In this document: in pieces, positions 37,471-50,414 of the stretch
Position numbering within the stretch: the stretch's first letter is position 1
Layout of the letters: each line of letters begins with the position of its first letter
Assembly (NCBI GenBank): GCA_036172245.1
Contig: JAYWIR010000053.1
Span: forward strand, 62,001-126,000
Reading direction: 5' to 3'
DNA from: Raillietiella orientalis
Taxonomy: Eukaryota
Length of the DNA stretch: 64,000 nucleotides
Notes under the pieces: model-generated
Told to the model about the DNA's origin: nothing
What the model saw: only the letters and a program-made list of their open reading frames with translations
Database searches by the model: none
Program-made: the position numbers and the translations under genes

Positions 37471-40400
37471 TGCGGGGAATCGCGTCTTCTCGTCGTCTGT
37501 CGGTAACGTGTTGGAACGAGAACGGACTGCAGAACGACGAGAAGAGGCGATTAGTAGCCAACGCACTGCGCCCCTCCGACCTCGCGCTGCTGCAGGAGAT
37601 TCACGTAATCTCCGACGAGCAGGCAGCCGAAATCGAGGAGCGCGCAGGCGGAACGCTACATTGGTGGTGCGGCGGCGAACACACGTGCGGCGTCGCGTTC
37701 CTCGTAAGAGGAAAAATGGCGGAAGCGGTGCGTAGTGTTCGTTTCGATGACCACGGACAGATAGGCCAGCTTGTCATCAAGTGGTCCGAGTCCATCGATC
37801 TCGTCGTAACGAACGTCTACGCGCCGAGTGGCTCTCGCTACCTCGAAGAAAGAGTAGCTTTCTTTGGTGAGGTGCAGAACCACTGGCTCAACAACTCCGG
37901 CTTCAAAGTGGCGCCCCTCGTCGCTGGGGACTTCAACGTCCGCCTGCTCTCCGACGATTGGAGCCACCGAGGGAGCGCGCGCTGCCCATCGAGATGTGCG
38001 CGTCCGTGCACGCCGCCAACTTGATGGTCAGCGAACCTGGAATGGAAAGATCGCTCGATCACGTTTTCCTCGATGAAGACCTGCATTCGCGTGTGGGCAG
38101 GAGAGGAAGATTGTTGACTGAGCTTTCTGACCACCACAGGTTGGAGTTTGAGATCCTTCCGCCAGGCAGGGGGCCTCCGTTGCAAAGCTGGAGGATGCAG
38201 GCGGATTAGCTTAGCCAACTGGAGGCTGCGTAGCATCTACGTGGATACCTCCGAGGCTTTGCCATTCAAGAACTTGCGGACTGGGACGATCTCAAAATAT
38301 CTGTCCGCGAGTTCTGTTGCCAATTCCCCTTTTACCGGCTTCCACGCGGTTTCGGAGAAAGCGTGGCCAACAGTAGAGACTTACTGCAGGCCCGCACGTT
38401 TTCGAGACGCGCCGATGTCGGGCGTATCGCAGAGAACAAGGCGAGGGCCGAGCGCCACGTCTGGCAGTCCGGAGCAGCATGCCTGTTGGACGACAAGGGC
38501 CAGGAATGTTCGGCCCCAGCCGAATTACGCCGCATTGTGAGACGCTACTACTCCTCGCTCTACGTGGAATTCCCGACGGAGGATATTCTTTCTGAGATAC
38601 TCCTGTCTCAGGATGCTCGTGTTGTCGGCGAGGAGGAACGCGAACGTCTCGACGAGCCCTTCACGGCGGATGAATTTTCGTCCGCCATCGCTGGGCTGAA
38701 GAGGCGCAAGGCGTCACGCGAGGATGGGCTCCCTGCAGAGTTTTATCAGTGCTTTGCAGTGGAGCTCATTCCCTTGATGCTGAAACTCGCGACGCTGATG
38801 ACTGAATCCGGGAATGTCCCTGATTCCTTCCGCTCAGCGAAGGTGCGTCTCCTGCCGAAAGGTGGAGACTTGCGCCAACTTGACAACTGGCGTCCGATCA
38901 CCTTGGTGAACTTGGACGTCAAGTTGTTTTTTAAGCTGTGGGTAGCGCGGTTAAGAAGAATCGCGGAATCTGTGGTGAGCCCGGAACAAACCTACGCGGT
39001 TCCGGGACGAGCCATGGAGGCGAACATCCTTTTCGCGCGTACATGGATGCAGCTGCAGGAAGTTGTGGCGCAGCAAAGCCAGGCTGCTGCGAAAGTCACT
39101 GCCGCAGGGAAAAAGAACAGGCGCCGACGGCAGGAGGGAACGCCAGGTGCCTTGGCGGTTGCGGTCGATCTCCACAAGGCGTTCGACTGCGTAAACCAGA
39201 AGCTGCTTTTGGAGCTTATGGAACGCCTTGGGTTCCCGGCGTAACTCCTGCTGTATTTGCGCGCGTGCTGGCGCCACGCGCTAACCTGCATTACTTTCAG
39301 CGGCTGCCGCGTGTATGGTATTCCCGTTCGTAGTGGCATCCGACAGGGCGACAGCTTAAGCCCGTAGCTCTTCAGCATCTTCTTTGAGTTGGAGCTAAGA
39401 GCATACAGGCTGACGCTGACTCACTTGCCAAGCTCCTGCCCAGGAACGCCTGTCGTGGCCGCCTACGCTGATGACCTGCTTCTTCTGCTCCCCATGTCCA
39501 CCCCGGCGTCCAGTGTCGAGGATTTCTTCGACCTGATTCGTCGGGGAGCGGGCGTGAGCGTGAACAGAGAGAAGAGCGGAGTCGTTCCTGTGGGTACGTC
39601 GAGGGAGGGGCAGTCCGACTGGATCCACCTGGGGATCCTCACGGGCGGGTACTTTAAGTACATTGGCGTTCCGTTGGGCGCTTTCGGCGCAGCCGAAGCT
39701 TGGGCGTACTGTTTTCAGAAAGCAGAGTTGGCCATCAGCCCGTTCTTTAACGGCAAGTTTACCTTGCAGGAACGGGCGACTATTTGGAACACCTTTGTGG
39801 CCCCCCTCCTCCGTCCCCTGTTTTTAGTTTTGGACCCCCCCTATGCGGCAAAACAACGGGCTAAGCGCCTGCTCAGGAACGCTCTCTGGGGTCCGGCGAG
39901 ATCCAGGATCCGCCTTAAAGACTTGTCAGCTCCGCGTTGGGATGCTGGTTTGGGTATCCTGACAATGGAGCGAATCGGACTGCAGGTGCAGTTCCGACTG
40001 CTTGCACTGTGTGAGCAGCTATGGACATCCCCCCTGTGTGTGCCAGCTCGCATTCTCCTGCGGAAATGCGCCGGCAGCGGAGGATTTCTCTCGCTTTTGC
40101 CGGGCACTCAATACAGCATGCGGGGTTTCGGGTTTCCATTGCTGCTGTTGACCGCACTTCTGAAAGCACACTCTTGGATCTCCTGCCGCCCAATGAACTT
40201 TGACGCTTGGCGGCAGGTATCTGTTGAATCCAGGGCGGCGTTCCAAGGAATACACCCTGAAGATCTTCTTCCCCTGCGCCAATTTTTTCCACGATCCTTG
40301 GAAGAATTACTGCATGACGAGGTGAAGTTTTCTACCCTGGCTGCAACGCCTGTTGCCGCAGCGCTGTCTGCCCTCAGGGCAAGAAACGACAGTTACCAAC

Positions 40401-41062
40401 CGGCGAGGTGGGAGGTTTCCTGCACGATAGCGGGAAGAACCAAACTCCTTGGCACCTGGAAGACAAGTGAGTTGGCGGACGCCGCCACTCCTCGTGTTAC
40501 TGCAAAGGGACTACTCCGGTGGGCAGAAGAACTTTCTGTTACCCCCGAAGAACTTGTAGTCCCTCCACAGTGTATTGACAGTTCGCTGCTCCCCCTAGCT
40601 TGGAAACAAGCCGTGCTGCTTTTCGTTCACTGGGGTTTTCAGTGCAACGAGCGTTGGCATCGTGACTCCGGGGGACTTCCGTCTGCGAACTGCGTTCGGT
40701 GCGTTTCGACGGAGTCGATTCCGCACCTACTTCTGGACTGCGGTGTCCTACAAGGACTGTGGCGTAGGCTGGCAACAGCACTAATGCATCCCGTGGACAC
40801 CGCAAGAGACTTGCTGCGACAATTCTTCACGCCGAGCGGGCTGTCACTAAGCGCAAGGATGGCAACCATTGGTTGCATACGCGCGATAGTTTCCGTCCGC
40901 CAGGCGTTGGTAATCAACGGACAGCACCAAGAGGTAATCAGCAAAGCAACCTTCTACATAAGAGCATATGCTAAATGGCCTCATTTGACAGAGGAGACAA
41001 AGAGGAATCTCGCCGCAATACTCCGCCGGTTTACACACCCTCATCAGCGGCCAACCCGGTGA
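37470..41062 (+). pseudogene. A1 ORF2 (EN-RT-CCHC, ~1200 codons), disrupted
   Basis: AGDFN, LDH, SDH; NWRPIT; YADD; CVRCVSTESIPHLLLDC. Confidence 0.93.
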
Positions 41063-41345
41063 TCATTGCACTACCCTCCATAAACTAAATTTGTATTTTC
41101 TTTTTACATCCGCGTCCCCATAGGCTCCGGAACATTTTAGGTGCTCATCGTATAAATCCCCGTGAGTACGGAGCCTAACCAAAAACCCGTTACCCTTCCC
41201 TCCAGTTTTTGATTTTTGTTTGTTTCCCCTCATTCCTCCCGCGCTGCGAGCGGTTTGTTTACCAGGCCTGAGTGCCGGTGATTTTAATATGTTCTCTGTC
41301 GTTCTGTTGGTTGGTGACATTGTCCCTGACCAGTTTATTATTATT

Positions 41346-41375
41346 AATAAACGCCCCGGCGTGACCGGGTGATAA
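41346..41375 (+). terminator. Conserved 3'-terminal AATAAA + CCCGG-N5-CCGGG hairpin, representative copy
   Basis: Related ~30-nt end on 10 elements; function is inferred. Confidence 0.6.
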
Positions 41376-41462
41376 ATTTCAATCGAGTGCGGACGTGTTT
41401 TTCTTCGCTCTCGTCTCCGTGCTTTCATCCGCTTCATCTTGGCGTCGTACATTTTGACGACG

Positions 41463-43374
41463 ATGTCGACCCAACTTGAAGCTACTCAAGTTGGAGGAAC
41501 AGCATCCGGATCTGCAATCGCGGTACCTACGGCCGCCTTCACTTCGTCTTTGTCGCCAATGGAGAGGAGTTTTGCTGACGTTGCTGCCACAGCAGCCGTC
41601 AAAGGGAAACCACTCGACGAGTCGGAGTTGCGGGCATCCGTAGCTTAAGGCTATAGACCTGCTCTCCGATATAAGGTGAGTGGTTTTCTTTCTGCGCGCG
41701 ACGGGAATCAGTTCAACGATGAACTGACCCGTGTTGGCGTGCGGGAGGAGGACCATCTCGCCATTATGATCGTAAAAGACATGGGCTATTTCAAGGTGCG
41801 TTGCAAAGACGCTGCACTTGTTCAACGCTTGCTGCGCACCCCGTTGTCGATCCGTGGCCAGAAGGTCTTCCCGGCCGCCATGGACTACTCATTTGTGGCG
41901 GAGATTGTCGACATCGAGTCGGAAATCTCCGATATTGATATTCGGAACGCGTTGGCGGAATTCGCCACGGTCCATGCGCTGTGGAGTGTGCGTAGCAACC
42001 TCAAGGACTTCCCGTCCATACACAGCGGAGTCGCTGGAGTCCGGCTTACAATGCCGGACCGCCGTCTGCTGCCCACGAAACTACAGGTGAAAGACACGTT
42101 CGTTTACCTGTGGTTCGTGGGCAAAGTAAGAACGTGCGAGCAATGCGGGAAGGAGGGGCATTGTTTGGATAAATGCCCCTCTGGAAAATGCCGTTATTGG
42201 AAACTATCCGGGCACCAATTGAAAAATTGCCCGGATCTTTTGCGAAAACAGGCAGCCGCGGAGCTCCATCTTAAAAAACAAAGCGCGGATAAAAAGAAAA
42301 AATCTCCGAAAAACCTGGAGACCCCACGGCAGAAATTCCGAAAAAACGCGAGGCGGAATTTCGCACGAAAGCAGCATGAAACCTCGCACGCGAAGCCCTG
42401 CCCGCCCCCTCTCGCGGCAGGGGAGCCGCAAAAGAAAGGGTGCGGGGAATCCGGGGCAATGGTAAGTCCCCCTAAGCGCAATAGCTGTCCTTCCCAAGCA
42501 CGCCCGGCTCTTTCAGAGTTCGAGCAACCGGAGGGGACGACAATGGACAACGGCGGTAAGGACACTTCCAGTACCGTCAGATCCATTCCTTCACCTCCTG
42601 CAGTGGCTGAGAAGCCCAAATCGGGTAAGAAGGGTTGTGCCGTGTCGACTTCGACAGTGGGCAAAAAAAAATCCGCGTCGCGATCCAACACCGCGAAAGC
42701 GGAGAAAAATCTCACGCCGTCGCAGTCGGAGAGCAAGCTCTCGTCTAACGCGGATGCCATGCCAACGAAGGGATTAAAAGCTCTTCCGAAGGCAGCGTCC
42801 ATGACGAGCGTGTGGAAGCCATCGAAAGTGCTCCCGTTTAAAGACGCGAATGGCTTCAAAGATGTCAATGGAGCACAATCTTTATTTACGGCGCCACGCG
42901 AAGTGAGGAACCGTAATGAAGTAAAGAAGACTTCAGCAAGGGTCCCTCGTGCAACTGCGCGTGAGCACGCTGAAAACTCGCGCGCCGGGAAAGCAGCCGT
43001 CAGCAAAAGCGATGCTCTGGTGACGGAAAACGAAAACAGGACAGCTGTCAATCCAGCAGAACCTGTCACTGCTTCGCGGAAGGCCGAAACCCGATCGAAT
43101 ATGCGCCGGTCGGACTCCGAAATGGATGCCGTTTTGATCACCGAGACGAGGACAACTCGTTCGAAAGCGTGTGCGCGCCGATCAAAAGTAGGCAGCCAGG
43201 CAACGCTAGCCGCGAAGCCACGCGAAGTCTCCACGAAACCCGGCGGAGTTAAGCCTGGCGTGGAGGCATTACGTGCATGCAGCACGACAGAGGACGGTGG
43301 CGACCGTCCCCTCCAGCCAGTCGTGCTGCTCGCCGTCTCCTCGCCGGATAAAGCTAGCAAAAAGCCGCTAGTAA
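41463..43374 (+). pseudogene. A2 ORF1
   Basis: Homologous to A1 ORF1; stop at 41646-41648; 11-bp deletion before TAATG. Confidence 0.88.
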
Positions 43375-46300
43375 TGCGGGGAATCGCGTCTTCTCCTCGT
43401 CTGTCCGTAATGTGTTATAACGTGAACGGACTACAGAACGACGAGAAGAGGCGATTAGTAGCCAACGCCCTGCGCCCCTTCGACCTCGCGCTCCTGCAGG
43501 AGATTCACGTAATCTCCGACGAGCAGGCAGCCGAAATCGAGGAGCGCACAGAGGGAACGCTACATTGACGGTCCGGCGGCGCACACACGTGCGGCGTCGC
43601 GTTCCTCGTAAGAGGAAAAATGGCGGAAGCGGTGCGTAGTGTTCGTTTCGATGACGACGGACGGATAGGCCAGCTTGTCATCAAGTGGTCCGAGTCCATC
43701 GATCTCTTTGTTACGAATGTCTACGCGCCGAGTGGCTCTCGCTACTTCGAAGAAAGAGTAGCTTTCTTTGGTGAGGTGCAGAGCGAGTGGCTCAACAACT
43801 CCGGCTTCCAAGTGGCGCACCTCGTCGCTGGGGACTTCAACGTCCGCCTGCTCTCCGACGATTGGAGCCGCCCGAAGCAGCGCGCGCTGCCCATTCAGAT
43901 GTGCGCGTCCGTGCACGCCGCCAACTTGATTGTCTGCGAAGCTGGAATGGAAACATCGCTCGATCACGTTTTTTTCGATGAAAAGCTGCATATGCGTGTG
44001 GGTAGGAGAGGAAGATTGTTGACTAGGCTTTCTGACCACTGCAGGTTGGGGTTTGAGATCCTTCCGCCAGGCAGGAAACCTCCGTTGCAAAACTGGAGGA
44101 TGCAGGCGGATTGGCTTAGCCACCCGGAGGCTGCGGAGCATCTACGTGGATACCTCCGATGCTTTGCCATTCAAGAACTTGCGGATTGGGACGATCTCAA
44201 CAGATCTGTCCGCGAGTTCTGCTGCCAATTTCCCTTGCATTGGCTTCCACGCAGTCTCGAAAAGGGCGTGGCAAACAGTAGAGACCTTCTGCAGGCCCGC
44301 ACGTTTTCGAGACGCGCGGATGTCGGGAGTCTCGCAGAGTACAAGGCGAGGGCCGAGGGCCAGGCATGGCAGTCCGGAGCAGCATGCCTGTTGGACGACA
44401 AGGGCCAGGAATGTTCGGCCCCAGCCGAAGTACGCCGCTTTGTGAGACGCAACTACTTCTCGCTCTACGCGGAATCCCCGACGGAGGATATTCTTTCTCA
44501 GATACTCCTGTCTCAGGATGCTGGTGTTCTCGGCGAGGAGGAACGCGAACGTCTCAACGAGATCTTCACGGCGGATGAATTTTCGTCCGCAATCGCTGGG
44601 CTGAAGAGACGAAAGGCGCCAGGCGAGGATGGGCTCCCTGCAGAGTTTTATCAGTGCTTTGCAGTGGACCTTATTCCCTTGATGCTGAAACTCTCGACGC
44701 TGATGAGTGAATCCGGGAATGTCCAGGATTCCTTTCGCTCAGCGAAGGTGCGTGTCCTGCCGAAAGGCGGAGACTTGCGTCAACTTAACAACTGGCGTCC
44801 GATCACCTTGGTGAACTCGGACGTCAAGTTGTTTTCCAAGCTGTGGGTAGCGCGGTTAGGAAGAATCGCGGAATCTGTGGTGAGCCCGGAACAAACCTCC
44901 GCGGTTCCGGGACGATCCATGGAGGCGAACATCCTTTTCGCGCGTACATGGATGCAGCTGCAGGAAGTTGTGGCGCAGCAAAGCCAGGCTGCTGCGAAAT
45001 TCACTGCCGCAGGCAAGAAGAACAGGCGCCGACGGCAGGAGGGAACGCCAGGTGCCTTGGCGGTCGCGGTCGATTTCCACAAGGCGTTCGACTGCGTAAA
45101 CCAGAAGCTGCTTTGGGAGCTTATGGAACGCCATGGGTTCCCGGCGCAACTCCTGCTGTATTTGCGCGCGTGCTGGCGCCACGCGCTAACTTGCATTACT
45201 TTCAGCGGCTGCCGCGTGTATGGTATTACCGTTCGTAGGGGCATCCGACAGGGCGACAGCTTAAGCCCGTTGCTCTTCAGCATCTTCTTTGAGTTGGTGC
45301 TAAGAGCATATAGGCTGACGCTGTCTCACTTGCCAAGCTCTTGCCCTGGAACGCTTGCCGTGGCCGCACACGCTGATGACCTGCTTCTTCGGCTCCCCAT
45401 GTCCACCCCGGCGTCCAGTGTCGAGGATTTCTTCGACCTGATTCGTCGGGGAGCGGGCGTGAGCGTGAACAGAGAGAAGAGCGGAGTCGTTCCTGTGGGT
45501 ACGTCGAGGGAGGGGCAGTCCGACTGGATCCGCATGGGGATCCCAACGGGCGGGTACTTTAAGTACCTTGGCGATCCGTTGGGCGCTTTCGGCGTAGCCG
45601 AAGCGTGGGCGGACTGTCTTCAGAAAGCAGAGTTGGCCATCAGCCCGTTCTTTAACGGCAAGTTTACCTTGCAGGAACGGGCGACTATTGGGAACATCTT
45701 TGTGGCCCTCCTCCTCCGTCCCCTGTTTTTTGTTTTGGACCCTACCTATGCGGCAAAACACCGGGCTAAACGCCTGCTCAGGAACGCTCTCTGGGGTTCG
45801 GCGAGATCCAGAATCCGCCTTAAAGATTTGTTAGCTCCGCGTCGGGATGCTGGTTTGGGTATCTTGACAATGGAGCGAATCGGACTGCAGGTGCAGTTCC
45901 GACTGCTGGCACTGTGTGCCCAGCTATGGACATCCCCTTTGTGTGTGCCAGCTTGCATTCTCCTGCGGAGATGCGCCGGCAGCAAAGGATTTCTCTCGCT
46001 TTTGCCGGGCACTCAATACAGGAAGCGGGGTTTCGGGTTTCCATTGCGGCAGTTGACCGCACTTCTGGAAGCACATTCGTGGATCTCCTGCCGCCCAATG
46101 AACTTTGAAGCTTGGCGGCAGGAGTCTGTTGAATCCTGAGCGGCGTTCCAAGGAATACGCCCTGAAGATCTTCGCCCCCTGCGCCACTTTTTTCCACGAT
46201 CCTTGGAAGAAGTACTGCAGGACGAGGTGAAGTTTTCTACCCTGGCTGCCACGCCTCTTGCCGCAGCGCTGTCTGCCCTCAGGGCAAGAAACGACAGTTA

Positions 46301-46965
46301 CCAACCGGCGAGGTGGGAGGTTTCCTGCACAATAGCGGGAAAAAACAAACCCCTTGGTGCCTGGAAGACGAGTGAGCTGGCGGACGCCTCCACTCCTCGT
46401 GTTACTGCAATGGGACTTCTCCGATGGGCAGAAGAACTTGCTTTCACCCCCGAAGAACTCGTAGTCCCTTCACAGTGTATTGAGAGTTCGCTGCTCTTCC
46501 TTGCCTGGAAACAAGCCGTGTTTCTTTTCGTTCACTGGGGTTTTCAGTGCAACGAGCGTTGGCATCGTGACACCGGGGGACTTGCGTCTGCGAACTGCGT
46601 TTAGTGCGGATCGACGGAGTCGATTCCGCACCTACTTCTGGACTGCGGTGTCCTACATGTACTGTAGCGTAGGCTAACAACAGCACTAATGCATCCCGTG
46701 GACACCGGAAGAGTCTTGCTGCGACGATTCTTCACGCCGAGCGGGCTGTCACTAAGCGCAAGGATGGCAACCATTGGTTACATACGCGCGATAGTTTCCG
46801 TCCGCCAGGCGTTGGTAATCAACGGACAGCACCAAGAGGTAATCAGCAAAGCATCCTTCTACATGGGAGCATTTGCTAGATGGCCTCATTTGACAGAGGA
46901 GACAAAAAGGAATCTCTGGAATACACCGCCGGTTTACACACGCTCAGCAGCGGCCAACCCGGTGA
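43374..46965 (+). pseudogene. A2 ORF2 (EN-RT-CCHC), disrupted
   Basis: 839-aa open segment 43620..46139; YADD mutated to HADD; stops at 43568, 46139 and 46604. Confidence 0.92.
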
Positions 46966-47278
46966 TCATTGCCCTACCCTCCATAAACTATTTTTGTATT
47001 TTCTTTTTACACCCGCGTCCCCATAGGCTCCGGAACATTTTAGGTGCTCTTCGTTTAAATACCCGTGAGTACGGAGCCTAACCAAAAACCCGTTACCCTT
47101 CCCTCTAGTTTTTGATTTTTGTTTGTTTCCCCTCATTCCTCCCACGTTGCGAGCGGTGTGTTTACCAGGCCTGCGTGCCGGTAATTTTTCTATGTTCTCG
47201 GTCGTTTTCTTGGTTGGGGACATTGTCTTTGACCAGTTTATTATTATTAATAAACACCCCGGCGTGACCGGGTGATAA

Positions 47279-50200
47279 ATTTCAATCTACGCCTTCAAAC
47301 AGGTGAGCCGGGAACACAAGTGAACGCGATGAACGAGTCGTGTACCGCCATGCGTGCGCGCAACTTGTTCGCGGGTGAGAGGGGAATGGTCCGCAGCATC
47401 GACCACGTCTTCCTCGATGCTGACCTGTGTTCACGGGTCGGCAAACGGGGGTGGGTTGCGTCAACGTTGTCGGACCATTCCCGGTTAATTTTCGAGATGC
47501 GGCCTCGCGACAAAGGACCGCGATCCAGGGACTGGCGTCTACCCGGAAACTCGACGAGACTCTCAGGTGCGAAGAAACACCTTCGCGAATACCTGAGAGG
47601 CGTCACGCTCCAGAATCTCCAGGGCTGTGACCTTTTTTAGGAATCGGTAAGGGAGTTCTGCGAGCAGTTCCCCCTGGACCGCCTGCCTTTCGGATTCGTC
47701 GAGGGTCCTCGCAACCATCGGGCCTATTAACAGGCCCGTTGGTACGAGCGAACCCCTAATGTCCGTCGCCTGTCCGAGTGCCGCGACGGGGCCGAACGCC
47801 AAGCCTAGCAATCCTGGTCGGCCAGCTTTCTGGAGGACCAGGGCCGGGAATGTTCCTCCCCGGCGTCGGTACGGCATCTTGTGCGGAGTTATTATTTCTC
47901 CTTTTACGCCCGGGCACCCCCGGAAAAGATGCCTAGCAACTCTTGCTTCCGGATGGTGCCGCGGCAATAGGGGAGGAGGAGTCGTTAAGCCTGGATGAGC
48001 CTCTTACCACCGGCGAAATTCTCGCCGGTATCAAAAGGCTCAAGAGGCGGAAAGCTCCAGGAAAAGACGGCTTGCCCGCGGAGTTCTCTCAGAGCTTCGC
48101 GGAAGAGCTGGCGCCCCTGCTGCTTCAGCTGACAAGGCTGATCCGAGACGAAGGCGATGTTCCCGCCTCGTTTCGGTCACCTAGAGTGAGGCTCCTTCCG
48201 AAAGGGGGAGATCTTAGGAATTTGAACAACTGTTGTCCGATCACGATTGTGAATACGGACGCCAAGTTGGTTGCCGGGCTATGGGCTTCGCGTCTGGGGC
48301 AGGTGGCAGAATCCATAATTAGCCCGGAGGAGACATATGCTGTTCCCGGGCGAACTATGGATGCCAACCTCTTCTTCGCGAGCACATGGATGCACGCGCA
48401 GAGGTGTCAATAGGAAGGGAAAGGAAAAATCGGCGACCCCACTTTGGGGCCGCCAGCAGGGCAGGGAATGGACCCTTAAGCGGGAATGGGGCCTTAGCGC
48501 TCGCAGTCGATCTCCATAAGGCGTTCCACTGTGTTGACCAGAAGCTTTTGTTTGAGCTCCCGGGTCGCATGGACTTCCCACCCTCCTTGATCAACTACCT
48601 GCGCTCTTGCTGGCGGAATGCAATTATCTCCATCTCTTTCAGTAGACAGAAGGTGTATGGCGTGCCGGTGAGGCGGGGCATCAGGCAGGGCGATAGCCTC
48701 AGCCCCCTGCTCTTCAGCACCTACTTTGAGTTGGTGCTGAGAGCCTACAGGGTGACTTTGGCTTCCTTGCCGAGCTCGTGTCCCGGCACGCCCGCCGTAG
48801 AAGCCTATGCCGACGACATTCTACTACTGTTACCTATGTCCACTCCGGCGAAGGCGGTCAGAGACTTCTTCGATCTGCTCAGCCGTGGGACCGGACTCCA
48901 GGTCAACAGGGCGAAGTCGTCGGTGGTGCCAGTAGGTGCCGCGTGGGCAGGGCAGCAGGACTGGGTCCGTCTGGGGATCCCCACGGCGAAATGCCTCAAG
49001 TACCTTGGTGTGCCGTAGGGTGACTACTCCTCTGCGGAAGCGTGGTCCAGCTGTCTTCAAAAAGTTGAGACGGCGATCGGCCCGTTCCTGGAAGGCAAGT
49101 TTCACTTGCCGGAACGGGCCGCGGTTTGGAACGCCTTCGCGGCCCCCATCCTCCGCCCCTTTCTTTTTGTTTGCCCCTCCCCAAAAGTAGTTAAAAAGAG
49201 GACGAAGGACCTCCTCCGCATCGCCCTTTGGGGCAAGGGGAGGCTCCGAGTCCCTCTGCAGGACTTGTGCGCTCCGCGTCGGGACGGCGGCCTTGGCGTC
49301 CTGACGCTGGAGCGCGTGGAGAAGCAGCTGCGGTGGCTAAACCCTCGCCATCGCAGCGAAAATGTGGAGCACCCCTTTGTGCGTTTCGGCCCGCCACCTC
49401 GCCAGGGGTGTGTCCTGATGCGAAGGACTCGCGTCGTTTCTTCTGTGCCCTGGCCGGAAGATCCGAAGATGCGGTCTTATGCTCGGACGCATAGCAATCT
49501 TGGCGAAGACGAACGGTTGGATGGTTTGTGGCCCCGTCAACTCCTCCGCCTGGTTAGAGGAGTCTGCTGGCACATGGGCTAAGCTGAACCGGAGGAGTGA
49601 AAACCACATGAACTGCCTGCGCATCGGCCCATACGCCAACCGCACCCTGCGGGAAATACTGGAATTTCCTCGAAGTCGCAGGTGGGCGTTGACAACCCCC
49701 CTTGCTACGGCGATGCCCTACCTCCTGAGAGCGCCTCAGGATCGCCGGAAGCCGAGGTGGCAAGTCACCTGCCAGATCGCAGGCAGGGAGAAGAAGTTAA
49801 GCGGCTGGACCACAGGAGAACTGGCGGACGCCACGACCCCGAGCGTCCAGCCGCGTGGATTAATGAGATGGGGCGAGCTGCTCGCCATCCCTACGGATGT
49901 GCTTAAGTGGCCCCCGGTACTAAAGGAATCCAGGATCCTGCCCTTTAAATGGCAAGAGTCGGCGTTGCTACAGCTGCACTGGGGTTTACCCCGCAACGCA
50001 CGCCGCTTCCACTGGACAAGGGGAACTGTGGATCCTGAGTGTGTCAGGTGCGGAGAGCGAGAATCGTTCTCCCACCTTATTGTGGACTGTGCTGCCATCT
50101 GACCCCTCTGGAAACGGTTCGGGGCGACCCTAGGGCTCCCTACGGGCAGCAACCCCAGAGAAGTTCTTCAGCCCCTCTTCGTGAAGGACGCACTGCAGCC

Positions 50201-50414
50201 AGCCGCAGCCATCCTTGCCTTGTGCTGTGTCCGTAGCATCGTGGCGGCATGGAGCGACGCCAATAACGAAGGAGTGGGTCCACACGCGAGGGATGTCATC
50301 CCATACGCCCAACGCTTCATGCGGAGAGCTACCGGATTGCCCCAACTGGCGAATATACGGACGGACCTCGAGGGCTTCCTTCAACGGATGTGCCCTCCTC
50401 ACAGCGCTCAGTGA
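47279..50414 (+). pseudogene. H ORF2 resumed (EN C-terminal half, RT, CCHC)
   Basis: FNLRL, IDH, SDH; GIRQGDSLSPLLF, YADD; CVRCGERESFSHLIVDC. Confidence 0.9.

Larger units (their letters stand above)
35469..41375 (+). mobile_element. LINE family A copy A1, full length (~5.9 kb)
   Basis: 5' CGAGTGCGGACGTGTTTTTC; 3' AATAAACGCCCCGGCGTGACCGGGTGATAA; TSD ATTTCAA(A/T). Confidence 0.94.
41384..47278 (+). mobile_element. LINE family A copy A2, full length, tandem to A1
   Basis: Same termini as A1; separated from A1 only by ATTTCAAT at 41376-41383; independent mutations. Confidence 0.94.

Noticed and set aside
41676..43568. 630-aa ORF1-EN fusion in A2
   Set aside because: Produced by a private 11-bp deletion before TAATG and bounded by nonsense mutations; absent from A0 and A1.
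35469..47278. A1/A2 tandem as an assembly duplication or LTR-like repeat
   Set aside because: The copies carry many independent substitutions and indels and are separated by the TSD.
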